Assembly: GCF_044324875.1 (NCBI RefSeq)
Contig: NZ_CP172185.1
Origin: Escherichia coli
GTDB lineage: Bacteria; Pseudomonadota; Gammaproteobacteria; Enterobacterales; Enterobacteriaceae
Reading direction: 5' to 3' (one strand)
Length of the DNA stretch: 64,000 nt
Position 1 is the first letter of the stretch. Each line of letters begins with the position of its first letter. Position numbers and translations under genes: made by a program. The notes beneath the pieces were generated by a model that was not told the DNA's origin, did not search any database, and saw only the letters and a program-made list of their open reading frames with translations. Shown one piece after another: positions 48,884 to 60,120 of the stretch.

Positions 48884-50761
48884 TTACGGTTCAGGGATAC
48901 AAGCCACATCGCCATATTGGGGATGCCGAATAATTGCCTGCGGATCAAGCGAGCGCGTCCTGTCCATTTGGATTAACCCGTTCTTCGCCATAACAAATAT
49001 CTTTCTACCATCCGCTGAAAAACGAAGATGATTAACGTAGCTGGCAGGATAAACGCCAATAATCTGCCCGGCATTAATATTGAGCAGAATGACATAACCT
49101 TGCAGGCCATATGACACCAACGCTAAATACTGACCGTCCGGGCTAATACCCTCAACGGAATAAACGCTCCTGCTACACCATTGCGTCATAATGCTGGCTT
49201 GCTGATCCCCAACTCTTATACGTGAAATCCCCTGGCTGTCGGCAAAAATTACATCCCCGTTTTCAGGTCGAAAACGCATCGCCGATATCGTTCCACGCGC
49301 ATCACTAGCCGGATAGCTTTCTTTTTGATGCGTGATGGTATTGATGCGTACAATGTCACCTCTGACCATACCGGGTATCAACAATGTTTTTTCATCCGGG
49401 GAAAGTGCCATAACCCAGGCGCCTGGTTTACCGCTCGTCCCCGTCCCGTCGTATTTCTCCAGCGGGATATCCGCCACATGCTGATAAGCCACCAGATCAA
49501 TGGCTGACACACTATTACTGGTGCGATTCATCACCCAGGCTTTTGTGCCATCGCGCGAGAGGATAAGGCTGTCAGGATGTGCGCCGGTGGTAATCGACTG
49601 AATAATCTCCCCCGTCGCCACGTTAATGACCGATAACGCATTCGCTTCAAATGAAGTTGCATAAAGCAACGTTTCATCCGGGCTTAACGCCAGCGATCTG
49701 ACGGCCTGATCTTTACAGCCACCACAATGTTTGAGTGACTTTTCTTTCGCTATGGGCGCTGTAAAGGTATGCAGGATTTTCTTTTGTCCGAGGTCGAAAA
49801 CAACAATGCTGTTGGTGTTTTCAATTGCGGCATACAACGTATTACCATCCCGACTGATCGCCATATCATGGATATCGGCAATCTCAGCGAGCAAATCACC
49901 ACTGGCCTGCTCACGACTTACCGGAGCGGATAATGTTTCCCTGAGGGCGTTGCGCTCCTCCACTAACTGCTGCTTTTTTTGTCGTCGCTCTTGTTCAATC
50001 TCCTGCGGATAAAACTCTTCACGCAGGCTGTGCCTGACCAGTAAAACTGATTCATCAATCTGCTGCTGCACAAGCCAGATAGCCCCGGTAAGAAGAAGAC
50101 TGCCCGCAACAATAATCCCGCCTTCCGTAACAAGCCGGTTTTGCCCAGATAAACGCGCACTCAGCCACCCCAACGCACCACCCGCAATCAGGCCGCCAAT
50201 ATGACAAGCATTATCTATTCCTGTTTGCCGGGCACCATACAACAGTGTCAGCGCCACCATACCCAACAGAGAAAATACTCGCCGCTGGTTTTTATGGTAT
50301 GTGCCCGCACCTGAAGCAAGCTGTGTTGCTATCGCAGCGCCAGCAATTCCCATAATTGCCCCGGATGCCCCAACGCTGATGACTATCTGCTCACTTTCGC
50401 GTAACGCATAACAGGCGCTGATTAGCCCACCAAAGACGCCAGAGAATAGCCAGACAATCAGGAGTCGCCATTTCCCCAGTATCCGTTCCGCCACTGCCCC
50501 CACCACCAGGAGTGCAAACATATTCATCAGCAAATGGGGAAAACTACTGTGCAGAAAGACACTGCTCAATAAGCGCCAGGGTTCACCCGACAACGTGAGA
50601 GAAGCAACGTTAGCACCAAGATGGATGAGTGCGGATTGATCGACGTCTTCATAACTCATCCATTGTGCGAGATAACAAAATATCCCAACACAGAGCGCAA
50701 AAAGGATAAGAGTTATTGCGGGTAATTGAACATTTAACGGCTTAACCGAAGATGCAGACAT
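48884..50761 (-). CDS. Rhomboid-family intramembrane serine protease fused to a C-terminal YVTN/WD40-like beta-propeller (625 aa)
   Basis: N-terminal polytopic region with rhomboid motifs GASGAIMG (Ser) and HIGGLIAG (His); linker rich in E/R/Q; C-terminal repeats SRDGNTLY, SPDETLLYA, SRDGTKAWV, SPDEKTLLI, SPDGQYLAL, SADGRKIFV. Confidence 0.75.
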   Translation of the reverse strand: MSASSVKPLNVQLPAITLILFALCVGIFCYLAQWMSYEDVDQSALIHLGANVASLTLSGEPWRLLSSVFLHSSFPHLLMNMFALLVVGAVAERILGKWRLLIVWLFSGVFGGLISACYALRESEQIVISVGASGAIMGIAGAAIATQLASGAGTYHKNQRRVFSLLGMVALTLLYGARQTGIDNACHIGGLIAGGALGWLSARLSGQNRLVTEGGIIVAGSLLLTGAIWLVQQQIDESVLLVRHSLREEFYPQEIEQERRQKKQQLVEERNALRETLSAPVSREQASGDLLAEIADIHDMAISRDGNTLYAAIENTNSIVVFDLGQKKILHTFTAPIAKEKSLKHCGGCKDQAVRSLALSPDETLLYATSFEANALSVINVATGEIIQSITTGAHPDSLILSRDGTKAWVMNRTSNSVSAIDLVAYQHVADIPLEKYDGTGTSGKPGAWVMALSPDEKTLLIPGMVRGDIVRINTITHQKESYPASDARGTISAMRFRPENGDVIFADSQGISRIRVGDQQASIMTQWCSRSVYSVEGISPDGQYLALVSYGLQGYVILLNINAGQIIGVYPASYVNHLRFSADGRKIFVMAKNGLIQMDRTRSLDPQAIIRHPQYGDVACIPEP

Positions 50762-51215
50762 GAGGTAATTCTTCCTTGAAAAGACAGGTAAAAAGCATTT
50801 TTCTCGTGTGCAGTTACCATCCCGGCAAACGTCCCATACCGAAAAGTTAACCCTGTCCGAAATATGACTTTTTCAGCCTGAAATTACAATCGTAATTAAT
50901 TCACCCCTAACTATTTTTTGGCATGTAAGTTGCTTTAATTACTGTGTAAGCAATGAAATCAGCCGCAACGAAACCGGGTTGCACCACCACAAATCAACGG
51001 TAGCGCCAAAAAGGTGCGGTTTAAGAATTTTGCTTCGGAATGGTGCGGCGCATCTCGCAAAAACAAACAATAAAACAGCAATATCTTTACATTTAGCCAA
51101 ACTAAATGTTACCTAACAAGCACAACACTGCACAATAAAGTTGCAGATGATAACAACACAAACACTCACAACGGGTATCCATGCGTTCTTAACGCAGAAG
51201 ATAAAGGAGTTGGAT

Positions 51216-52124
51216 ATGCAATTACGTAAACCTGCCACAGCAATCCTGGCCCTGGCGCTTTCCGCAGGACTGGCACAGGCAGATGACGCCGCCCCGGCAG
51301 CGGGCAGTACGCTGGACAAAATCGCCAAAAACGGTGTGATTGTCGTCGGTCACCGTGAATCTTCAGTACCTTTCTCTTATTACGACAATCAGCAAAAAGT
51401 GGTGGGTTACTCGCAGGATTACTCCAACGCCATTGTTGAAGCAGTGAAAAAGAAACTCAACAAACCGGACTTGCAGGTGAAACTGATTCCGATCACCTCA
51501 CAAAACCGTATTCCTCTGCTGCAAAACGGCACTTTCGATTTTGAATGTGGTTCTACCACCAATAACGTCGAACGCCAGAAACAGGCGGCTTTCTCTGACA
51601 CTATTTTCGTGGTCGGTACGCGCCTGCTGACCAAAAAGGGCGGCGATATCAAAGATTTTGCCGACCTGAAAGGCAAAGCCGTAGTCGTCACTTCCGGCAC
51701 TACCTCTGAAGTTTTGCTCAACAAATTGAATGAAGAGCAAAAAATGAATATGCGCATCATCAGCGCCAAAGATCACGGTGACTCTTTCCGCACCCTGGAA
51801 AGCGGTCGTGCTGTTGCCTTTATGATGGATGACGCTCTGCTGGCAGGTGAACGTGCGAAAGCGAAGAAACCGGACAACTGGGAAATCGTCGGCAAGCCGC
51901 AGTCTCAGGAAGCCTACGGTTGTATGTTGCGTAAAGATGATCCGCAGTTCAAAAAGCTGATGGATGACACCATCGCGCAGGTGCAGACCTCCGGTGAAGC
52001 GGAAAAATGGTTTGATAAGTGGTTCAAAAATCCCATTCCGCCGAAAAACCTGAACATGAATTTCGAGCTGTCAGACGAAATGAAAGCACTGTTCAAAGAA
52101 CCGAATGATAAGGCACTGAACTAA
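51216..52124 (+). CDS. gltI: Glutamate/aspartate ABC transporter periplasmic binding protein
   Basis: ORF 51141..52124; start MQLRKPATAILALALSAGLAQA (signal peptide) gives 302 aa. Confidence 0.9.
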   Translation: MQLRKPATAILALALSAGLAQADDAAPAAGSTLDKIAKNGVIVVGHRESSVPFSYYDNQQKVVGYSQDYSNAIVEAVKKKLNKPDLQVKLIPITSQNRIPLLQNGTFDFECGSTTNNVERQKQAAFSDTIFVVGTRLLTKKGGDIKDFADLKGKAVVVTSGTTSEVLLNKLNEEQKMNMRIISAKDHGDSFRTLESGRAVAFMMDDALLAGERAKAKKPDNWEIVGKPQSQEAYGCMLRKDDPQFKKLMDDTIAQVQTSGEAEKWFDKWFKNPIPPKNLNMNFELSDEMKALFKEPNDKALN

Positions 52125-52281
52125 TTACAAGAACCAGGGGCGGAAATTCCAGCCCTCTCGATTGTTACGTAGCACGGACAGACTATACGCCTGATGGTCG
52201 TTCCCCATCGGGCCTGAAAACCGCAATACGCTGGGTAACAATCTTCGAGGGTAGCAGTTAACGCTGCTACCCTCTTTTTTC
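52125..52281 (+). ncRNA. sroC: Candidate sRNA SroC, processed from the gltI-gltJ intergenic region
   Basis: Intergenic stretch ending in hairpin gagggtagcagttaacgctgctaccctc plus ttttttc (52248-52281); position matches where SroC is described. Confidence 0.45.
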
Positions 52282-52293
52282 TGGAGTAGATTT

Positions 52294-53034
52294 ATGTCTA
52301 TAGACTGGAACTGGGGTATTTTTTTACAACAAGCCCCGTTCGGCAACACCACCTATCTTGGTTGGATCTGGAGTGGTTTTCAGGTGACGATCGCTTTGTC
52401 GATCTGCGCCTGGATTATCGCTTTCCTCGTCGGTTCATTTTTCGGCATTTTACGTACCGTTCCAAACCGTTTTCTCTCCGGTCTGGGTACGTTGTATGTC
52501 GAACTGTTCCGCAACGTGCCGTTGATTGTGCAATTCTTTACCTGGTATCTGGTGATCCCGGAGCTGCTGCCGGAGAAAATCGGCATGTGGTTTAAGGCCG
52601 AGCTGGATCCCAATATTCAGTTTTTCCTTTCATCCATGCTCTGCCTGGGGCTGTTTACCGCCGCCCGTGTTTGCGAACAGGTACGCGCCGCGATCCAGTC
52701 GCTGCCGCGAGGGCAAAAAAATGCCGCGCTGGCGATGGGCCTGACGCTACCGCAGGCTTATCGATACGTACTGTTGCCTAACGCTTATCGCGTTATCGTC
52801 CCGCCGATGACCTCCGAGATGATGAACCTGGTGAAAAACTCTGCCATCGCCTCGACTATTGGTCTGGTGGATATGGCGGCGCAGGCGGGTAAATTGCTTG
52901 ATTACTCAGCCCACGCCTGGGAGTCGTTTACCGCCATCACGCTGGCGTATGTATTGATTAACGCTTTTATCATGCTGGTGATGACGCTGGTTGAACGTAA
53001 AGTTCGCCTGCCTGGCAACATGGGGGGCAAATAA
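52294..53034 (+). CDS. gltJ: Glutamate/aspartate ABC transporter permease
   Basis: 246 aa; membrane protein. Confidence 0.9.
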
Positions 53035-53708
53035 TGTACGAGTTTGACTGGAGTTCCATTGTCCCTTCCCTGCCATATCTGCTCGACGGGCTGGTGATCA
53101 CGCTGAAAATCACCGTCACAGCAGTCGTGATTGGTATTTTGTGGGGCACCATGCTGGCGGTGATGCGCTTGTCCAGCTTTGCGCCCGTAGCGTGGTTTGC
53201 CAAAGCCTACGTTAACGTATTCCGCTCGATTCCTTTAGTTATGGTTTTGCTGTGGTTTTACCTGATCGTGCCGGGTTTTCTGCAAAACGTACTGGGATTA
53301 TCACCAAAAAATGACATCCGTTTAATTTCGGCGATGGTGGCGTTTTCGATGTTTGAAGCAGCCTACTATTCAGAGATTATCCGTGCCGGTATTCAAAGTA
53401 TTTCCCGTGGTCAGTCGAGCGCCGCGCTGGCGTTGGGGATGACTCACTGGCAGTCGATGAAACTGATTATTCTGCCGCAGGCTTTCCGCGCAATGGTGCC
53501 GCTGCTGCTCACTCAGGGCATCGTACTGTTCCAGGATACCTCGCTGGTGTATGTGTTATCTCTGGCCGATTTCTTCCGTACCGCTTCAACCATTGGTGAA
53601 CGTGATGGTACGCAGGTCGAGATGATCCTGTTTGCCGGATTTGTTTATTTCGTTATTAGCCTTAGCGCGTCGTTGTTGGTCAGCTACTTGAAAAGAAGGA
53701 CAGCATAA
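53034..53708 (+). CDS. gltK: Glutamate/aspartate ABC transporter permease
   Basis: 224 aa; membrane protein. Confidence 0.9.
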
Positions 53709-54433
53709 TGATTACCCTGAAAAATGTTTCAAAATGGTATGGTCACTTTCAGGTGCTGACCGACTGCTCAACCGAAGTGAAAAAAGGCGAAGTGGTGGTG
53801 GTTTGCGGCCCGTCTGGTTCCGGCAAATCAACGCTGATTAAAACCGTCAACGGCCTCGAACCGGTGCAGCAAGGTGAAATTACCGTCGATGGCATCGTGG
53901 TTAACGATAAGAAAACCGATCTGGCAAAGCTGCGTTCCCGCGTCGGGATGGTGTTCCAGCATTTCGAGTTGTTCCCCCATTTGTCGATTATTGAAAACCT
54001 GACCCTGGCGCAGGTGAAAGTGCTTAAACGCGATAAAGCACCCGCTCGTGAAAAAGCATTGAAATTGCTGGAGCGCGTCGGGCTTTCCGCTCATGCCAAT
54101 AAGTTTCCGGCGCAGCTTTCCGGCGGTCAGCAGCAGCGTGTGGCGATCGCTCGCGCATTGTGCATGGATCCTATTGCCATGCTGTTCGACGAACCGACAT
54201 CGGCGCTGGATCCGGAGATGATCAACGAAGTGCTGGACGTAATGGTCGAACTGGCGAACGAAGGAATGACCATGATGGTGGTGACCCACGAAATGGGCTT
54301 TGCCCGTAAAGTGGCGAATCGGGTGATCTTTATGGACGAGGGTAAAATTGTCGAAGACTCGCCGAAAGACGCTTTCTTCGATGATCCGAAATCGGACCGC
54401 GCAAAAGACTTCCTCGCGAAAATCCTGCATTAA
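53708..54433 (+). CDS. gltL: Glutamate/aspartate ABC transporter ATP-binding protein
   Basis: 241 aa; Walker [10 protein letters not shown] and ABC signature LSGGQQQR. Confidence 0.95.
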   Translation: MITLKNVSKWYGHFQVLTDCSTEVKKGEVVVVCGPSGSGKSTLIKTVNGLEPVQQGEITVDGIVVNDKKTDLAKLRSRVGMVFQHFELFPHLSIIENLTLAQVKVLKRDKAPAREKALKLLERVGLSAHANKFPAQLSGGQQQRVAIARALCMDPIAMLFDEPTSALDPEMINEVLDVMVELANEGMTMMVVTHEMGFARKVANRVIFMDEGKIVEDSPKDAFFDDPKSDRAKDFLAKILH

Positions 54434-54550
54434 TCACTCTGGCGCGCATACCCAAGTGCGCGCCATCTCACGCTTTATCGTTTCGCCCCTCGTATCTGTT
54501 ACATCCTGGCGTTACCCTTGTCGCAAAGAAGCACACAACAAGGAGCAACA

Positions 54551-55486
54551 ATGGCACTGCCAATTCTGTTAGATTGCGACCCAGGTCATGATGACGCTAT
54601 CGCAATAGTTCTCGCCCTCGCCTCACCAGAGCTTGATGTCAAAGCAATTACGTCTTCCGCCGGAAACCAGACACCAGAAAAAACCTTACGCAATGTTCTG
54701 CGTATGCTGACCTTGCTTAATCGCACCGATATTCCGGTGGCAGGCGGCGCGGTAAAACCGTTAATGCGTGAGTTGATTATCGCGGACAATGTGCACGGCG
54801 AAAGCGGTCTCGACGGCCCGGCATTACCGGAACCGACGTTCGCACCGCAAAACTGTACGGCGGTGGAGCTGATGGCGAAAACGCTGCGTGAAAGTGCGAA
54901 ACCTGTCACGATTGTTTCTACCGGGCCGCAAACTAACGTTGCCTTGCTGCTCAATAGCCATCCGGAACTGCATAGCAAAATTGCTCGTATCGTGATTATG
55001 GGCGGCGCAATGGGGCTTGGTAACTGGACGCCTGCGGCTGAATTTAATATTTACGTTGACCCGGAAGCGGCAGAAATTGTTTTCCAGTCAGGGATCCCGG
55101 TGGTGATGGCCGGTCTGGATGTTACTCATAAAGCGCAAATCCACGTTGAAGACACCGAGCGTTTCCGCGCGATTGGCAACCCTGTTTCAACCATTGTTGC
55201 CGAACTGCTGGATTTCTTCCTCGAATATCATAAAGACGAAAAATGGGGCTTTGTCGGCGCACCGCTGCATGACCCATGCACCATCGCCTGGCTGTTAAAA
55301 CCGGAGTTGTTTACCACTGTTGAGCGCTGGGTTGGCGTGGAAACACAAGGGAAATATACCCAGGGTATGACGGTTGTTGATTATTATTATCTGACCGGCA
55401 ATAAACCGAATGCCACTGTAATGGTCGATGTTGATCGTCAGGGCGTTGTTGATTTACTGGCTGATTGTCTGAAATTTTACGCTTAA
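54551..55486 (+). CDS. rihA: Pyrimidine-specific ribonucleoside hydrolase
   Basis: ORF 54518..55486; start [16 protein letters not shown] (IU-nucleoside hydrolase DxDxxxDD motif) gives 311 aa. Confidence 0.9.
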   Translation: MALPILLDCDPGHDDAIAIVLALASPELDVKAITSSAGNQTPEKTLRNVLRMLTLLNRTDIPVAGGAVKPLMRELIIADNVHGESGLDGPALPEPTFAPQNCTAVELMAKTLRESAKPVTIVSTGPQTNVALLLNSHPELHSKIARIVIMGGAMGLGNWTPAAEFNIYVDPEAAEIVFQSGIPVVMAGLDVTHKAQIHVEDTERFRAIGNPVSTIVAELLDFFLEYHKDEKWGFVGAPLHDPCTIAWLLKPELFTTVERWVGVETQGKYTQGMTVVDYYYLTGNKPNATVMVDVDRQGVVDLLADCLKFYA

Positions 55487-55569
55487 CACACGTCATTGAT
55501 TAAGATCACCACGCGTTACCCGGGTGGTCTTAATCTGTTTATCTCTTTTTCTTTCAAGATATAAATGCA

Positions 55570-57240
55570 ATGGATAATGCAGAACTCGCCATTGGTATCG
55601 ATCTCGGTACTACCAATAGTTTAATTGCCGTCTGGAAAGACGGTGCCGCGCAATTAATTCCAAATAAGTTCGGTGAATATTTAACACCATCCATAATTAG
55701 CATGGATGAAAATAATCATATTTTAGTCGGAAAACCCGCTGTATCACGGCGCACTTCGCATCCGGATAAAACGGCAGCGTTATTTAAACGTGCAATGGGC
55801 AGTAATACCAACTGGCGGTTAGGCAGCGACACATTTAACGCGCCAGAACTGTCCTCTTTGGTATTACGCTCATTAAAAGAAGATGCCGAAGAATTTCTGC
55901 AACGTCCGATTAAAGATGTGGTGATCTCCGTTCCGGCTTATTTCAGCGATGAACAACGCAAGCATACCCGTTTAGCAGCGGAGTTAGCCGGGTTAAATGC
56001 GGTACGCTTAATTAATGAACCCACAGCAGCTGCGATGGCATATGGCCTGCATACGCAACAAAATACCCGCTCGCTGGTTTTTGATCTCGGTGGCGGCACG
56101 TTTGACGTCACGGTGCTCGAATACGCCACGCCGGTGATTGAAGTTCACGCCTCCGCTGGCGACAACTTTCTTGGCGGCGAAGATTTTACTCATATGCTGG
56201 TGGATGAAGTTTTAAAACGCGCCGCAGTGGCTAAAAACATGCTCAACGAAAGTGAGCTGGCAGCCCTGTACACCAGCGTGGAAGCGGCAAAATGCGGCAA
56301 TCAATTACCGCTGCAAATTAGCTGGCAGTATCAGGAAGAAACGCGTGAGTGCGAATTTTACGAGAACGAACTGGAAGATTTGTGGTTGCCGCTGCTCAAT
56401 CGCTTGCGAGTGCCGATTGAACAGGCGTTGCGCGATGCACGTCTGAAGCCCAGTCAAATCGACAGTCTGGTGCTGGTTGGCGGCGCATCACAAATGCCGC
56501 TGGTGCAGCGAATCGCCGTACGTCTGTTTGGCAAATTACCATATCAAAGTTACGACCCGAGCACCATTGTCGCGCTGGGCGCAGCAATCCAGGCCGCCTG
56601 CCGCTTACGCAGTGAAGATATTGAAGAGGTGATCCTCACTGATATTTGCCCTTACTCGTTGGGTGTTGAAGTTAACCGCCAGGGCGTTTCCGGCATTTTC
56701 TCGCCGATAATTGAACGAAACACCACTGTACCGGTGTCGCGTGTAGAAACTTACTCGACCATGCACCCGGAACAGGATTCAATTACGGTTAACGTCTATC
56801 AAGGAGAAAATCACAAAGTTAAAAATAACATTCTGGTGGAATCCTTTGATGTGCCGTTGAAGAAAACCGGGGCTTATCAGTCGATTGATATTCGCTTTAG
56901 TTATGATATCAACGGGTTGCTTGAAGTTGACGTGCTTCTGGAAGACGGCAGCGTTAAGTCCAGAGTCATTAATCACAGTCCTGTAACATTGAGCGCACAG
57001 CAGATTGAAGAGAGTCGGACGCGGTTATCCGCATTGAAAATTTATCCGCGCGATATGCTCATCAACCGTACCTTTAAAGCCAAACTGGAAGAGTTGTGGG
57101 CGCGGGCGCTGGGTGACGAGCGAGAAGAGATCGGCCGGGTGATCACCGATTTTGATGCGGCGTTGCAGTCAAACGATATGGCCCGCGTCGATGAAGTTCG
57201 GCGACGGGCGAGCGATTATTTGGCTATTGAGATCCCTTAA
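55570..57240 (+). CDS. hscC: Hsp70-family chaperone HscC
   Basis: 556 aa; Hsp70 signatures IDLGTTNS and DLGGGTFD. Confidence 0.9.
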   Translation: MDNAELAIGIDLGTTNSLIAVWKDGAAQLIPNKFGEYLTPSIISMDENNHILVGKPAVSRRTSHPDKTAALFKRAMGSNTNWRLGSDTFNAPELSSLVLRSLKEDAEEFLQRPIKDVVISVPAYFSDEQRKHTRLAAELAGLNAVRLINEPTAAAMAYGLHTQQNTRSLVFDLGGGTFDVTVLEYATPVIEVHASAGDNFLGGEDFTHMLVDEVLKRAAVAKNMLNESELAALYTSVEAAKCGNQLPLQISWQYQEETRECEFYENELEDLWLPLLNRLRVPIEQALRDARLKPSQIDSLVLVGGASQMPLVQRIAVRLFGKLPYQSYDPSTIVALGAAIQAACRLRSEDIEEVILTDICPYSLGVEVNRQGVSGIFSPIIERNTTVPVSRVETYSTMHPEQDSITVNVYQGENHKVKNNILVESFDVPLKKTGAYQSIDIRFSYDINGLLEVDVLLEDGSVKSRVINHSPVTLSAQQIEESRTRLSALKIYPRDMLINRTFKAKLEELWARALGDEREEIGRVITDFDAALQSNDMARVDEVRRRASDYLAIEIP

Positions 57241-57244
57241 ACAC

Positions 57245-57285
57245 GGCTGCCGGATGCGGCATAAACGCTGCATCCGGCATCGGCG
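57245..57285. repeat. REP-like palindrome between convergent hscC and djlC
   Basis: ctgccggatgcggcataaacgctgcatccggcatcgg. Confidence 0.6.
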
Positions 57286-57299
57286 CAAAAAACACTTCC

Positions 57300-58751
57300 T
57301 CAGCTAAACAACATCGCGATTTTTCCGAGAGCATAACCTATCACCAGCACCGTTAAGCTGATTTTGATAATGCTGGTAATGCTCTGTGGTTTTTCATCCT
57401 CATCATTTTTTTCTTCGTGGTTTTCAGGTGTTGGCTCATCGACATCTTCATCCTCCGGCTCGAGTTTCACTTTCGTCAACAGCATCCGGGTGATAATGGC
57501 CTCTAATGGATGAGCATCTCCACCTTCCAGCCTTGTATTAAGACGGGCCAGCATCTCTTGTTTCGGGAACGCTTCCAGCACAACCTGTTCCGCTACCCGA
57601 TACAAATCCAGTAACGGTGAATCTTGTTCTGTCTCGCTACCGACTCTCGATTTCCACCACGCCCATGCTTTGCGCTTGAAGAATAACGACTCAATAAACG
57701 ATTGACCTAACGGCGATAATTTTCCGCTATGTAAAATTTCCGCCCATAACAGCCGCGTCCGGGCGCTCTCACCAGGAACATATTTCAACGGTTGACCTTG
57801 CGCATCAACCATGCTCTGCGCTTCGATAACCATCACTAACAGCGCGAAATAATCCGGGCAATGACGCTTGCTCCACTGCAACAACAAATTATCGGCTTGT
57901 GTAGATGGGTAACTCTCCCGGTATGCGCAGAGATCGGCAAGCAGGCTTTCCCCCTCGCCACAGTACAACCGTTGCGCACACTGGTAATAACGGGCATCTT
58001 CGCTTTCTGGTTCTTCTGCTTGCCACTGTTGGGCAACAGGAATGAGTTCCGCCATACCTCTTTTCACCGAGCTGTACCAGCGCAACAGTTTGCGATGTAA
58101 CTTGACATCATCAGGAATGAACCACGGACCTTCCATTGCCATAAACGCAGTGACATAGTCGGGATGGTAACGGCAACAGCGTTCCAGCGCGAAGTAATAC
58201 TCAACAGTCTGGTTCTGCAACGCGACGGGATATTCCAGAAGGCTAAGGAAATCGAAACAATCACCAGCCTGAATGGCCTCAAGAAAAGCCTCCCTTTCTT
58301 CCTCATCCATTCCTTCGCTGTCATTAAACGAATGCCAGTTCAAACGCTCTGCCAGCAAAGAAGCACAATTTAATGAAAGATATCGCGCTTCTATAGCGAT
58401 TGCACACAGCGGCCAGCGTAATTGATCGACATCCTCCATGTTCCAGGTATTTAATTGCTGAATAAATTTCTGCCAGGCGGAGGGCTGAAAACGATCACTT
58501 TCTGAATCCAGTAATGTCCTGAATGCACGTAGTATTTCATGTTCAGCGGCGGCATCTTTTTCTTCATCATCTGCTTCCTCGACAGGATTTACCGCCAGTC
58601 GCAGCGCCTCTTCATAGGCCTGGCGTAATGCTTTAAACCCCTGCGGATCGGTTTCGGGATGACACAACGGTAAGCGAGCAAGATAAGCCTGGCGGATAAT
58701 GTCTATTTGCGTCGTGCTTTCAATTTCGAGGATTTGCCAACATGTTTTCAT
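57300..58751 (-). CDS. djlC: J-domain co-chaperone of HscC (membrane-anchored at the C-terminus)
   Basis: 483 aa; N-terminal J-like domain with an HPE tripeptide; C-terminal hydrophobic segment; start overlaps the ybeU stop. Confidence 0.8.
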   Translation of the reverse strand: MKTCWQILEIESTTQIDIIRQAYLARLPLCHPETDPQGFKALRQAYEEALRLAVNPVEEADDEEKDAAAEHEILRAFRTLLDSESDRFQPSAWQKFIQQLNTWNMEDVDQLRWPLCAIAIEARYLSLNCASLLAERLNWHSFNDSEGMDEEEREAFLEAIQAGDCFDFLSLLEYPVALQNQTVEYYFALERCCRYHPDYVTAFMAMEGPWFIPDDVKLHRKLLRWYSSVKRGMAELIPVAQQWQAEEPESEDARYYQCAQRLYCGEGESLLADLCAYRESYPSTQADNLLLQWSKRHCPDYFALLVMVIEAQSMVDAQGQPLKYVPGESARTRLLWAEILHSGKLSPLGQSFIESLFFKRKAWAWWKSRVGSETEQDSPLLDLYRVAEQVVLEAFPKQEMLARLNTRLEGGDAHPLEAIITRMLLTKVKLEPEDEDVDEPTPENHEEKNDEDEKPQSITSIIKISLTVLVIGYALGKIAMLFS

Positions 58752-59455
58752 AGGTCGCTCACATCCTTAAGCGTTACCGGGCATTCAGGCTGGGCAGTCA
58801 ATGGCTGCCAGGGAAGCGTGGCATAGAAACGATCGCTTCCCGCTGCCAGCTCTTCGAACATCCGACTCCCGGCGCTATCGTATTTGTACAGGGTTAGCGC
58901 CTCGCGTAACGAAGCGTTGTCTTCGCATTGAGAAGATTGCCAGTAGAGACGCCCTAGTGAATAGGCAGAAAAATAGTGCATCCAGCTGTGATAGTAATGG
59001 TGTGCTCGGACATAGATGCGCGATTGCAGCCATAAACTCTCTTCTTCCGTCAGCCACTTGTTGAGCACACCGACCCGTGACAGAAACCCCATTCGAACAT
59101 AATCCCAGGCTTTGATTCCCCCTTCTCCACAGCACATAGCGGTTTGGGCAACGAATTGGGTATAAATCAACCCTCTCTCCGAGCCACCAGCAATTAATGC
59201 TTTCCACTCTTCAGGGGAAGAGCGATGCCATGTCAGATATAAGCCAGCTAAATCATTGGCATGACCATCATCGGTCATCTGATAAATAGTCTGAATTAAA
59301 TCATCACGATTATTTATTCCCCAGGATGATGAGAGATCGAATTCTTTTATCCCGGTATACATTTTTGGCGAGTCATGCGCGGGCTTGCAACCCTGATTAA
59401 GTATTTCCATGGGCGTAGAAAGCGCAAAAAGAAGATATTGTTCTTCCTTATTCAT
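58748..59455 (-). CDS. ybeU: DUF1266-family protein
   Basis: 235 aa; translationally coupled to djlC; paralogous to the ybeR product. Confidence 0.8.
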
Positions 59456-59556
59456 TTGTTAATAATCCCTTAAGTGCATTAACTGACTACTTTTTTATTA
59501 TTGATGAGTATAAACTTGACGCTTTCAAAATAAAAAGAAAATCGAAGTATTCACAC

Positions 59557-60111
59557 ATGAATAAAAAATTAATGTATATATTCGCAATATTTATAGTTGC
59601 AGCAATAACCTGTATTAGTCAACCCAAGAAAACGACGTTGCGTGATAAAGCCATGGTGAATTATGCCTTTGATTATTTAAGCTCACCGGGCAGTCTTCCA
59701 TTCACCACGGCAGCCACGGAGCTTTCCGCGATTCATGGTCACTCAACGTCGCAATATCGCCTTGGAGAATTTTATCTTCATGGTAGCGACGGTAAACCAC
59801 TGGATTATACACAGGCGAGATACTGGTATGAGCAATCAGCGGAACAGGAAAATCCACGCGCGCAAAGTAAACTGGGGTGGATCTACCTCAAAGGTCTGGG
59901 GGTCAAACCCGATACCCGTAAAGCAATTCTCTGGTATAAGGAAGCAGCTGAACAAGGGTATGCTCATGCTCAATATACTTTAGGTTTGATCTACAGAAAC
60001 GGCTCAGGTATTAATGTTAACCATTATGAATCTCAAAAATGGTTAAAACTGGCCGCCAAACAACATTACAAAAATGCGGAAAGATTACTTGCCGGGCTTC
60101 CCGCACATTAA
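59557..60111 (+). CDS. ybeT: Sel1-repeat (TPR-like) protein with signal peptide
   Basis: 184 aa; Sel1 repeats (AQ..LG..Y..G.GV..D...A..WY..AA.QG). Confidence 0.8.
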
Positions 60112-60120
60112 CGTCGACTG

